33,040 nt of DNA from Fidelibacterota bacterium (GCA_046861645.1 JBHHUM010000022.1:1-33040); one strand, 5' to 3'. Shown: positions 19,771 to 29,107, numbered from the stretch's first letter. Made by a program: numbers and translations. The notes: generated from the letters alone by a model not told the origin.

Positions 19771-20223
19771 ATGTTAGAGAGGGGAGATGTAATTGAACCG
19801 TTTGTTCTTGTTGATCACATGGGTATTGAATGCAGGGTAGGAAGTGGCGGACGCAAGATCGTGTTCTTTTTTCCAAAGGCGAACACACCGGGTTGAAAAA
19901 TAGAAGCGGCTGGGTTCCAGTCAAATCTTGATGCGTATAAAAGAGCAGGTCTTACGGTGTACGGTATTTCTGCCGACAGTGTTAAGAAGCAACGAGCCTT
20001 TGCTGAAAAATTGGGGATAACCTATTCATTGTTATGTGACCCTGAAAAAGAGATTATTATGACTTTTGGAGTCTTGGGAAAAAAGAAACTCTATGGTAGA
20101 GAGATAGAAGGAATTATCCGAAGTACATTTGTTCTAAATGAGGATAACCGAATCGAACATGTTTTTCCTAAGGTCTCTCCTAAAAAACATCAAGAAGAAC
20201 TTTTCTCCGTATTAGAATTATAG
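19771..20223 (+). CDS. bcp: BCP/PrxQ peroxiredoxin, probable selenoprotein (in-frame TGA at 19894-19896 = Sec42)
   Basis: ATG 19771 with AGAGGGGG RBS. Reads MLERGD...VFFFPKANTPG[TGA]KIEAAGF...VYGISADS...IIRSTFV and is in frame with track ORF 19957..20223. TGA occupies the Cys of the PxxxTxxC motif. Confidence 0.88.
19908..19922 (+). promoter_or_regulatory. Candidate bacterial SECIS hairpin
   Basis: GGCTGG-GTT-CCAGTC: 6-bp stem (one G-U), G first in the apical loop, with 17 nt between the UGA and the loop. Confidence 0.6.
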
Positions 20224-20228
20224 AGAAT

Positions 20229-20771
20229 ATGCGACTTAAGCCTCAAGGATCGCTCCTGATGGTAATTGATGTACAGGAGAAAATATTTGCTACAATGTGT
20301 GAACAGGAAAGGGTGGAAAGGAATCTGGTTAGGATGATAAAGGGGGCCAAGATATTAGGAGTACCAATTATATGGACAGAACAATATCCTAAAGGTCTTG
20401 GACCAACAATCTCAAGCATAAAGCAGGAGCTGAAGGGCTGTAACTGTTTAGAAAAAATTACTTTCAGCTGTGTGGAGAATAAGGATGTATTGAGTGCCGT
20501 TGAATCAAAAAGCCCGATGGATGTTCTATTGTGTGGCATAGAAGCCCATGTTTGTGTTTATCAGACAGCCAGAGATCTTATCAATCGGGGATATGGTGTA
20601 CATGTGGTTACAGATGCTGTGATGTCACGTCATAAATCGAACTACGAATTGGCTCTCCGTAAGATGGAGAAAATAGGGGTAGAAATGACCTCTGTGGAGA
20701 TGGCTCTATTTGAGTGGCAAAGAGTGGCAGAAGGTGAAACATTTAAGCCCATTGCCGCCCTTATTAAGTAA
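20229..20771 (+). CDS. Isochorismatase-family cysteine hydrolase
   Basis: VIDVQEK, TEQYPKGLGPT, EKITFSC, GIEAHVCVYQTA (D-K-C triad). Confidence 0.92.
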   Translation: MRLKPQGSLLMVIDVQEKIFATMCEQERVERNLVRMIKGAKILGVPIIWTEQYPKGLGPTISSIKQELKGCNCLEKITFSCVENKDVLSAVESKSPMDVLLCGIEAHVCVYQTARDLINRGYGVHVVTDAVMSRHKSNYELALRKMEKIGVEMTSVEMALFEWQRVAEGETFKPIAALIK

Positions 20772-20865
20772 TTCAACTTAAACCAAAAGGCCCTTATAGA
20801 ACGGGTCGCTATGTGTAACTTTTCCTTTGGGATCGACCGTGTATTAAAAGAAAAAGGGGTAGAAG

Positions 20866-23433
20866 ATGAAAAGCATAATAACGACCAGGCTGTTTTTTAT
20901 AGTATTAGCAATGGGTCTGCCACCAATGATTGTTCTTGCACAGCATGAAGCACAAGACGAAGAGCAGGAATCAGATTCAGCAGACGATACTACGGAAGTT
21001 GTTACTATTGAAGGTAAAACAGAAGCCTGTAGAAAGTATGAAGGACTGTTTACGATCTATCAAGATACCACAAACGGTAAGGCCTACATGACGCTTCAAT
21101 ACGATCAACTAGGCAAGGAATTCATATACTTTACTCATACAGTTGAAGGAGTGATTGACGCCGGTCATGTGCGTGGTGGATATGAAGGAAGCAGGGTCGT
21201 CACCGTGGAAAGATATTTCAACCGTGTGGAGATAGTTTCACAAAATACAGGCTACTATTTTGATCCAAACAACCCCCTGAGCCGAGCTGCGGAAGCGAAT
21301 ATAAGTCCTTCCATACTAGCCTCTCAAGAAATAGTTGTTGACGACACAATTACTATGGAGCTGCTTATTGAGGTAGACGATGTTTTTCTGACGGAGGCGC
21401 TGCACCAGGTAAAACCCACACCCAACCCTAATGCCAAGCCAGGTAGTCGCTTTAGCCTGGGCAATTTGAATAAAGAGAAGACTAAATATGTGGGAATTCG
21501 TAATTATCCATTGAATACAGATGTGGTAGTGGAGTACGTCTATGACAATCCTGCCCCCGTTAATGAAGGAGGAGGTGGCATTACTGATGCCAGATCTGTT
21601 CGTATTAGGATACAACACAGTTTTATAGAGATGCCAGAAAATAATTATAAGCCCAGGAGAGACGACCCCAGAGTGGGATACTTTTTGACAGAGGTGACGG
21701 ATATGACCTCTCCCAGCAATACGCCCTACCGAGATCTTATTCATCGCTGGCATTTGGAGAAAAAGAATCCTGAGGCAGAAATCAGTGAACCTAAAGAACC
21801 TATAACTTTCTGGATCGAAAATACAACACCACTAGAGTTCCGTGGTGCTGTGCAAGAGGGTGTTCTCCGCTGGAATGAGGCTTTTGAAAAAGCTGGATTC
21901 AGAGACGCCATTCAGGTGAAAGTGCAACCAGATAATGCTGAGTGGGATGCAGGTGACGTACGCTATAATGTCATACGCTGGACGTCTTCACCTGATCCAG
22001 TCTTTGGGGGATTGGGCCCCAGCTTTGTGAATCCACGCACAGGGCAAATACTGGGGGCGGATATCATGCTGGAGTGGATCTATTTTACATGGCGAGTAAA
22101 ATATCAGAAGCTATATGATGCCTCCTCTGCAGAGATATTCCTGAATCCTAAAACATGCTCCTATGGTGATTTCCTTCATCAGGAAAACCTCTTTGGTTTG
22201 ACTGCGCTGCAAAATTTGGATAATGCGGTAGAAGCACAGGGAAAACTGGTGGAAGAAGCGTTAATTAGTTTAGTGCTGCATGAAGTAGGTCATACCTTAG
22301 GATTGGCTCACAATTTCCAGTCCAGTCAGCTTCATTCGCTGGAAACCATACATGACAGATCTATAACTGAAAAAACAGGAGTAATCTCCTCGATCATGGA
22401 TTATGATCCGGTAAACTTGAACCCGGACCGCGAGAAACAGGGTCAATATTACTCAACTAAGCCAGGACCTTATGACTTGTGGGCGATTGAATATGGGTAC
22501 TCACCAGCTCTGGAGGATCCTGAAGCGGAGGATGCCCGGCTGCGGGAGATTTTATCCCGTTCCACAGAACCTGCCCTGAGATTTGGCAACGATGCGGACG
22601 ATATGCGTAGCCCCGGAAAGGGAATTGATCCTCGGATCATGGTCGGCGATTTAACCAATGATGCCATAGGCTACTCTGAGGAACGCATGGGGCTCATTAT
22701 TGAATTGCTGGATGATTTACGCGAAAAATATGGACAGCAAGGGAGTTCTTATCATGCTTTCAGGGATGCTTTTAACATTTTGGTTCGGGAGTATAGGAAT
22801 GCGGCTAAAATTGTATCGAGGTACATTGGGGGTGTTTACATTGATAGGTCATTTGTGGGACAGCAGGGAGCAGACATACCCTTGAAACCGGTAAGTTATT
22901 CAGAACAGAAGAGAGCTTTAGCGGTTCTTAGAGATCGTGTTTTTGCCCCTGATGTTTTTTCTGTTCCTGATGGAGTCTACGATCATCTTAAGGTTCAACG
23001 GCGAGGTTGGGAACATTGGAATTCGACAGAAGACCCCAAACTTCATGAGCAGGTACTTACGATTCACAAAGTGGCTCTTGACCACCTCTTACATCCAACA
23101 GTACTTACCCGAATAAATGATACGGAACTTTATGGAAATGGCTATTCAATAACAGAGTGTGTTGGCGACCTGACGGATGCTATCTTTGCGGCAGATGCCA
23201 GGGGTAATGTAAACTCTTTCAGACGCAACCTTCAGGTGGAGTATGTGACCCGCTTGATAACAATTATTGATGATGAAAGTGGATCTTCGTATGATTACCT
23301 GACCAAGGCAACTGCCTACAAAAACCTTTTGGTTATCAGAAAGATAGCTGCACGTAAAAGTGGCGATACAGCCACTACGGCTCACCGCGAATATCTGGCA
23401 TATCTTATTGATGATGCTCTGAAAAAAGGATAG
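20866..23433 (+). CDS. Secreted zinc-dependent metalloprotease (metzincin, DUF5117/EcxA-like)
   Basis: Signal peptide, PRRDDPRVGYF, WNEAFEKAGF, NPRTGQILGADI, HEVGHTLGLAHNF (HExxHxxGxxH), Met-turn SIMDY. Confidence 0.88.
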   Translation: MKSIITTRLFFIVLAMGLPPMIVLAQHEAQDEEQESDSADDTTEVVTIEGKTEACRKYEGLFTIYQDTTNGKAYMTLQYDQLGKEFIYFTHTVEGVIDAGHVRGGYEGSRVVTVERYFNRVEIVSQNTGYYFDPNNPLSRAAEANISPSILASQEIVVDDTITMELLIEVDDVFLTEALHQVKPTPNPNAKPGSRFSLGNLNKEKTKYVGIRNYPLNTDVVVEYVYDNPAPVNEGGGGITDARSVRIRIQHSFIEMPENNYKPRRDDPRVGYFLTEVTDMTSPSNTPYRDLIHRWHLEKKNPEAEISEPKEPITFWIENTTPLEFRGAVQEGVLRWNEAFEKAGFRDAIQVKVQPDNAEWDAGDVRYNVIRWTSSPDPVFGGLGPSFVNPRTGQILGADIMLEWIYFTWRVKYQKLYDASSAEIFLNPKTCSYGDFLHQENLFGLTALQNLDNAVEAQGKLVEEALISLVLHEVGHTLGLAHNFQSSQLHSLETIHDRSITEKTGVISSIMDYDPVNLNPDREKQGQYYSTKPGPYDLWAIEYGYSPALEDPEAEDARLREILSRSTEPALRFGNDADDMRSPGKGIDPRIMVGDLTNDAIGYSEERMGLIIELLDDLREKYGQQGSSYHAFRDAFNILVREYRNAAKIVSRYIGGVYIDRSFVGQQGADIPLKPVSYSEQKRALAVLRDRVFAPDVFSVPDGVYDHLKVQRRGWEHWNSTEDPKLHEQVLTIHKVALDHLLHPTVLTRINDTELYGNGYSITECVGDLTDAIFAADARGNVNSFRRNLQVEYVTRLITIIDDESGSSYDYLTKATAYKNLLVIRKIAARKSGDTATTAHREYLAYLIDDALKKG

Positions 23434-23436
23434 GAG

Positions 23437-24750
23437 ATGACAAAGTTGTTGACTAATAATTTTGATTTTATTCGTGAATCTGGGGGGATAAGAGAGTATA
23501 AACTCTCTTCCAATGATCTAACGGTTCTTCTGATGGAAGACCATACCGCTCCTGTAGTAACCTTTATGGTTACCTATCACGTTGGGTCCCGCAACGAAGC
23601 GGTGGGGCATACTGGTGCCACCCACCTGTTGGAGCACCTGATGTTTAAGGGTTCCCAGAATTACAATAAAGAAAAAGGTAATACCATCTGGAAGGAACTT
23701 CAGGATGTAGGGGCACAAATTAATGCCACTACCTGGTTTGATCGCACCAATTATTATGAATTGTTGCCCAAAGAACATTTGAGACGAGCGGTCAGTATCG
23801 AAGCAGATCGAATGCGCAACGCCTTTTTGCGGGATAAAGATCGTCAGCCGGAGATGACGGTAGTACGGAATGAGTTTGAACGGGGTGAAAATGACCCCTT
23901 CGAGGTACTGGATAAAAACATTTGGGCTACAGCTTATCAGGCGCATCCCTATCACCATCCTACAATCGGTTGGAGAGCGGACATTGAGAATGTCTCTACG
24001 GAGAGATTAAGGGAGTTTTATAATACTTTTTATTGGCCAAACAATGCCACTGCTACTGTAATTGGGGACTTCGCTGAAGCTGAAGTACTGGAGTTAATCT
24101 GGCAACATTTTGGGGAGCTTCCCCGCTCATTAGGAGAAATTCCACGTATGTACACGAAGGAACCTGAACAGGAGGGATTACGGAGATTAGAAGTAAGACG
24201 ATTTGGTGAAGCTCCTCTTGTCGGCGTTGCCCATAAATCCCCGGCCGGCTCTCATAAAGACATATATCCGTTGCAAATCCTTGGGAGCATCTTGGGTTCC
24301 GGAAAAACTGCTCGATTTTATCGTCAGATCATTGATAAAGGGTTAGCAATTGATGTTAAGATGTGGGATCACCCTTTCCACGATAATGGACTGTTCATAA
24401 CCTATGCTTTTCTGACTCCGGAAACACCACCAGGAAAGGTGGAAAGAATCATCTTGGAAGAATATGAAGCAGTAAAAAGGGACGGTGTTACCACAGAAGA
24501 AGTAAAGCGTGCTCAGGGTAAAATAAAAGCTAGGGTAGCTTATAGCAGGGATGGAGCCTTCTCTATTGCCAGTCATCTTAACGAAGCGATAGCCACGGGC
24601 GACTGGACGCTTTATACAACTTACTTGGATAGAATCATGGAGGTGACGCCCAGCGAGGTTCAGCAGGTTGCAAAGAACTATCTACAGGAGAAACAATGTA
24701 CAGTAGGACATTTTATTCCTGTTAGTGGAAATTCAGGAGTTGAGCTATGA
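23437..24750 (+). CDS. M16 (pitrilysin/insulinase) family peptidase, catalytic subunit
   Basis: VGSRNE..G.TG..HLLEHLMFKG (HxxEH), NATT..DRTNYYE, FYNTFYWPNNA. Confidence 0.92.
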   Translation: MTKLLTNNFDFIRESGGIREYKLSSNDLTVLLMEDHTAPVVTFMVTYHVGSRNEAVGHTGATHLLEHLMFKGSQNYNKEKGNTIWKELQDVGAQINATTWFDRTNYYELLPKEHLRRAVSIEADRMRNAFLRDKDRQPEMTVVRNEFERGENDPFEVLDKNIWATAYQAHPYHHPTIGWRADIENVSTERLREFYNTFYWPNNATATVIGDFAEAEVLELIWQHFGELPRSLGEIPRMYTKEPEQEGLRRLEVRRFGEAPLVGVAHKSPAGSHKDIYPLQILGSILGSGKTARFYRQIIDKGLAIDVKMWDHPFHDNGLFITYAFLTPETPPGKVERIILEEYEAVKRDGVTTEEVKRAQGKIKARVAYSRDGAFSIASHLNEAIATGDWTLYTTYLDRIMEVTPSEVQQVAKNYLQEKQCTVGHFIPVSGNSGVEL

Positions 24751-26051
24751 CCAGCATAAAGATATCTCTTGCTACTCACATCCAATCAAAGGAAGTGGTT
24801 GCGGGTGTACATCTGTTAGAAATGAAAACCCCTGTGGCTGACGTGGTGACTATTGCGGGTAGTCTGTGGGGAGGACCAGTATTCAATCCGCAGAATAATC
24901 GTGTATTGGCACAGATGATGGCGGTCATGTTAGATCAGGGAACCATAGATATGGATAAGTTTACCATCAGTGAAAAATTGGAGGAAATAGGTGCCCAGAT
25001 TACATTTTCTCCGGTGCAGTACTACCTCCGTTTCTCCGCTCGCTGCCTGAAAGGAGATGTGCCACTGGTTATTAAGTTGCTTGCTGATCAGTTGCGGAAT
25101 CCTCTATTTCCAGAGGAAGACTTGGAGACGATGAAAACGAATCAAATAGGTGATTTACTGCGCTCAAAGGAAGAGACAGAGGTGATAGCTACCAGCAGAT
25201 TTCTTCAGGAAATATATCCGAAGGAACACCCGAACTATGTCGTACCAATCGATGAACAGATTGACCATATCCGTAAACTCTCCAGAAGTGATTTACAAGA
25301 CTTTCACGCCAGGTCTCTAGGGAGGGGCAACCTGACCATAGTTGCCGTTGGAGACTTAGATGGTACCGTATTGGAAAAAGCTATTCTTGATGGGTTTGGA
25401 AGCTGGCACGAATCAGGTTTGTCCTTTGCAAAGGCGGGGAGTTCTGGAGCCCGAGACATAAAAGAAGCGCGAAAAGTGGTGGCCACCATGCAGGACAAAA
25501 CCAGTGTAGACATAATGATAGGACAACCCATTGGCATTGACCGGGACCACAAGGATTTCCTGCCCTTAAAAGTTGGGCACTACATTCTGGGAGGCAATTT
25601 TTCTGCTCGACTTATGTCCACTGTCCGGGACCAGGCAGGTTTAACCTACGGCATTCGCTCTGCTGTAGCGGGGACGGATAGGACAGACGGTTACTGGTAT
25701 GTTTGGGGTACCTTTGCTCCTGAGTTAGTAGAACGGGGTCGCTCAGCGGCAGCAGAACAGATTGAGCAGTGGATTAATGCAGGTGTTACGGAAGAGGAAT
25801 TAGAGGCGAAGAAGACCACCATCATCGGTTCATATCAGGTAAGCTTTAGTACTACAGGTGGTATAGCTACCCAGATATTGATAAACAGGGAACGAGGAAA
25901 GGAGGTATCGTATCTTGATGACTTTCCAAAGGAAATCGCTGCTCTATCTCGCAAAGATGTAAATAATGCAATTCGCAGCTACTGCAATATGGAAAATATA
26001 TTGTTTGTTGCTGCCGGCTCTATTAACGAAAAGTGGGAACCACTGAACTGA
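24747..26051 (+). CDS. M16 family peptidase, non-catalytic partner subunit
   Basis: ILGGNFSARLMSTVRDQAGLTYGI M16 C-domain motif; no HxxEH; ATGA overlap with the upstream gene. Confidence 0.85.
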   Translation: MTSIKISLATHIQSKEVVAGVHLLEMKTPVADVVTIAGSLWGGPVFNPQNNRVLAQMMAVMLDQGTIDMDKFTISEKLEEIGAQITFSPVQYYLRFSARCLKGDVPLVIKLLADQLRNPLFPEEDLETMKTNQIGDLLRSKEETEVIATSRFLQEIYPKEHPNYVVPIDEQIDHIRKLSRSDLQDFHARSLGRGNLTIVAVGDLDGTVLEKAILDGFGSWHESGLSFAKAGSSGARDIKEARKVVATMQDKTSVDIMIGQPIGIDRDHKDFLPLKVGHYILGGNFSARLMSTVRDQAGLTYGIRSAVAGTDRTDGYWYVWGTFAPELVERGRSAAAEQIEQWINAGVTEEELEAKKTTIIGSYQVSFSTTGGIATQILINRERGKEVSYLDDFPKEIAALSRKDVNNAIRSYCNMENILFVAAGSINEKWEPLN

Positions 26052-26058
26052 TAAACTT

Positions 26059-26508
26059 ATGGAGGTTATTCTTATTGCTGCGGTTACCGCTAATGGAATG
26101 ATTGCTCACACTTCTAGCGAAGTTGTAAACTGGTCAAGGGATCTGAAACTTTTTCGTGAGCAAACCATGGGGTGTACTGTTATTATGGGTTCCAGGACGG
26201 CGGCTACATTGGCAGAGGATCTTCAGGGAAGAAAATCGGTAATTATGCATCGGGGAATGAATCCCCAGGAAGTATTGTATAGTGTAGAGGGTTCCCGATG
26301 TTTTATCATTGGTGGTGCCAGTACTTACTCTCTTTTTGCTCAATATCTAACCCATGTCTTTCTTACCATTCATCCCCTTATAATGAGGAGTGATGCTCTC
26401 CCTTTGTTTTCCTACTTAGAACAGGACATAGAATTAGAATTCGTGAAGAAAGTAAAAGTTGACGGTAAAAGTGGAATTTATCAGTTCCAGTACAAGGTAA
26501 AACGGTGA
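26059..26508 (+). CDS. Dihydrofolate reductase family protein
   Basis: LIAAVTANGMI, W..DLKLFREQTMG.TVIMG.RT, L.GRKSVI, FIIGGA; somewhat divergent. Confidence 0.8.
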   Translation: MEVILIAAVTANGMIAHTSSEVVNWSRDLKLFREQTMGCTVIMGSRTAATLAEDLQGRKSVIMHRGMNPQEVLYSVEGSRCFIIGGASTYSLFAQYLTHVFLTIHPLIMRSDALPLFSYLEQDIELEFVKKVKVDGKSGIYQFQYKVKR

Positions 26509-26583
26509 TATTAGTCACAACTTTGTTCGATATTGAATATTATATTTTGCTTTTATTTGAATAAAGGAAAAGACTCACCTGTT

Positions 26584-27204
26584 ATGTATGAAATCCCAGC
26601 CAATACAAGTCCGCCCGCCGGTGCTGTAATTCTCCTTCATGGGTGGGGTGCAAACGGCAAAGATCTTGTCCCCTTGGCGGAAGCCCTTCGTCTTCCACAG
26701 TTACGGTATGTCGCTCTAGAAGGGGAGGTTGAGGTTCCCTTAACAGGTGGCTATGGAAAAGGGTGGTTTATGTTTCCGCCCACGGAAACAGCTTCAGAGG
26801 AAATTGCTTCCAGCCGGAAACAGATTGTATCAACAATTGATCGACTGGTGGCGGAAGACATTCCACCGGAGAAGATTATTCTTATGGGTTTTTCCCAGGG
26901 AGGCTCCATGGCGCTTAATGTGTTGGTAAAAGGGCGCAGGAAAGTAGGCTGTGTAGTGGTGATGAGCGGCTTTTTTCTTAATTATGAAACGATAGATCAA
27001 CAGGACAACTTACCGGTTGAAGTACCTATCTTTGCAGGCCATGGGACTTATGATAATATTGTACCTATGAATTTAGCGAGAGACTCTTTATTAGTTTTGG
27101 ATGAAGCCGGATTTTCCGTGGAGTGGCATGAATACCCGTGTGAGCATCGGATCGTGGTAGAGGAGCTGCAAGATATCAGGGCTTTTATTGAAAAAATATT
27201 ATAA
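26584..27204 (+). CDS. Phospholipase/carboxylesterase (alpha/beta hydrolase)
   Basis: LLHGWGANG, GFSQGG nucleophile elbow, HGTYDNIVP, C-terminal His. ATG 26584 preferred over TTG 26533. Confidence 0.9.
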   Translation: MYEIPANTSPPAGAVILLHGWGANGKDLVPLAEALRLPQLRYVALEGEVEVPLTGGYGKGWFMFPPTETASEEIASSRKQIVSTIDRLVAEDIPPEKIILMGFSQGGSMALNVLVKGRRKVGCVVVMSGFFLNYETIDQQDNLPVEVPIFAGHGTYDNIVPMNLARDSLLVLDEAGFSVEWHEYPCEHRIVVEELQDIRAFIEKIL

Positions 27205-27213
27205 GAACATGAG

Positions 27214-27873
27214 CTAAATAGCTTTCTTGGACACCAAACCTAAACGCTTGGCGATGACATAGATGATGCCGTACCATACCAATGCAATAAACATATCCAC
27301 TAGGATGTAAACCGGCCACGGGCAGAAAGTTTTTTCGAAAGCCACTGTGGGCCAGCGCAAGTCCATGATGTTCTGGTCGAAGATAACGTCCCAGACGTAC
27401 ATACCTGCTGTATAGGCTAACATAATTCCCATCGCTAAGGTAATGGCGCGGTGAGAGATAGTTCTGCGTTCATGATAAAAGAAATAAATAGTCAGTGAGA
27501 GGGGAGAGATGTGTTTCAGCCAGTAGGAAAACCAGAACATCGGGTGTGACTCAACCGGTGGAAGTGTAACACTGTCCGGAAGCAACAGGGTTAGGATATC
27601 ACCGGTCCAGGCAAAGAAGACGAACAAATCATACAGTCGTTGACGGAAAGTAAAGAGAAGTATAATCCCCAATGTTGCCGTGATATTACAAAGCCATAAT
27701 ACCTGGTGGGGGTTTATACGGACGTTGTGAATTGTGGCGAGGATCTGAGTGGTGATGAGAGTAGTCCCGAGGATCCATTTGGTACTATTATTTTTTCGTA
27801 AGAGTAGAAGAAGAAAACCAGCAGTAACTATAAGAGTAAAAAAGAGAGGGAAATGAAAGCCTGAGGTGTACAG
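27214..27873 (-). CDS. YwaF/TMEM164-like integral membrane protein
   Basis: Frame stays open 67 codons upstream of the track ORF to CTG 27873 (LYTSGFHFPLFFTLIV...QVLWLCNITA...). LWLCN and YWLKH motifs, PWPVYIL, several TM segments. Confidence 0.65.
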   Translation of the reverse strand: MYTSGFHFPLFFTLIVTAGFLLLLLRKNNSTKWILGTTLITTQILATIHNVRINPHQVLWLCNITATLGIILLFTFRQRLYDLFVFFAWTGDILTLLLPDSVTLPPVESHPMFWFSYWLKHISPLSLTIYFFYHERRTISHRAITLAMGIMLAYTAGMYVWDVIFDQNIMDLRWPTVAFEKTFCPWPVYILVDMFIALVWYGIIYVIAKRLGLVSKKAI

Positions 27874-27876
27874 GGC

Positions 27877-28872
27877 TTAGCCCTTATTCCTTTTAGCCTT
27901 TACCAGTGCTGATTTAGCCTTAGCTCGTCACGCTTTATCTGTAATCTTGTTGATAGGTTCCATGTCACCCGTTTCCAGTACCTTCTGGACCAGCGACTCA
28001 ACGTCGTCATTTCCATTAGATGCTTTTAGCTTTTCGTTCTCAGGAGGAACAGCTGTTGAAATATTCCCAGAGAGAAACTGTTCCACGGCCGAAATGGCTT
28101 CAGGAGAAACCTGGGGTATTTCACCCTTACGTTTGGATTTCACCAGTGTGGATTTGGCTTTGGCTCGGATTTTCTTTTCGGTTAAGAGATTTAGTATCTC
28201 CTCACTATTGGTCATTGCTTTGGCAACTAGAGCGTTAATAAAAGCATCATCTACTGCAAAAGTTGTGGCTTCTACATCACCATTACTGGCTATTTTAGTT
28301 TCTGTTAAGGGAGGGATGAAATTAGCCAGATTCTCCAATACATATTTACCCCGCCAGGAGAACATGAGGGCAGTTATAGAGCTGAGGATGCCTTTATTCT
28401 TGGTACGATATTCTAACTCAGTACAATTAGCGAAGGGAGTTATAGTGAAAGTGACGAATTCACGGCATAATGGAAAGAAGTGCATCTCGAGTTCGAGTTG
28501 TTGATTTACAGTCATGCCTACGAAACGGCATCGGGTAAAGGGAGATCCGAAAAATGGCTTTATCCAAAACTCCCGACCCACCTCCGGACGGAATCTATCC
28601 AGGGAGTGTTTAAGTACCCAGCGATCGGCATCATTGTTTCTTACACGAACCTTTTTTACCCACGGAAACCATAGATGAAAATTTGAGACATCAGTAATAG
28701 TTTTCCATATTGTGACTATTGGCAGGGAGGTATCAAATCTGACTTCTGCGGAAGTCTTCAGTGGAGAGAAACCGAGACTGTAAATCAGGTCTAGACGTTG
28801 TTCGCTGCTGGCCTGTCGGATGAAAAATCCGATGGCGAGAAGGACAAGAAGTGTTGCGATTCCAATAGCCAT
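27877..28872 (-). CDS. Membrane-anchored SRPBCC/START-like domain protein with two C-terminal repeats; in-frame TGA at 27928-27930
   Basis: N-terminal TM helix, IWKTITDVSNFHLWFPWVKKV SRPBCC-like segment. Repeat 2 continues past the TGA to TAA at 27877; the ORF ends at 27928 if the TGA terminates. Confidence 0.6.
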
Positions 28873-28907
28873 AAGTTTAGAAGTTTTTGCTACAAAATGG
28901 ATGCTGC

Positions 28908-28936
28908 AAATCTAACAAACGGCCAACTTTCCGTGA
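28908..28936 (-). promoter_or_regulatory. Putative sigma70 promoter for the 28872 gene
   Basis: Minus strand TTCACG-17 nt-TAGATT with a TGn extension. Confidence 0.4.
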
Positions 28937-29107
28937 ACCCTTTTGTTAGCATCTATATTGGTCAACGCAACGGAGCCACAGGTTAACCTTGTCAAGAGGA
29001 AACGTATCATAAGACCCGCAAGATGATTCTCTTGAGGTGACAAGGAAGCTCGTCCTTTACCCAACTGAATGAAAAAATGCAGCTGGCAAAACAATGTAGG
29101 GAGAAGG
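28927..29107 (+). ncRNA. Candidate rod-shaped structured RNA of unknown family
   Basis: Nested hand-found pairings: TTTTGTTAGC/GCTGGCAAAA, TTGG/CCAA, GAGC/GCTC, CCTTGTCA/TGACAAGG, AGAGG/TCTCT, ATCAT/ATGAT. Confidence 0.35.

Noticed and set aside
19957..20223. 88-aa ORF as a stand-alone gene or bcp pseudogene
   Set aside because: It is the in-frame C-terminal part of the TGA-containing peroxiredoxin starting at 19771.
27928..27930. Selenocysteine at the second in-frame TGA
   Set aside because: Aligns with Ile in the sister repeat, has no redox motif and no convincing downstream hairpin.
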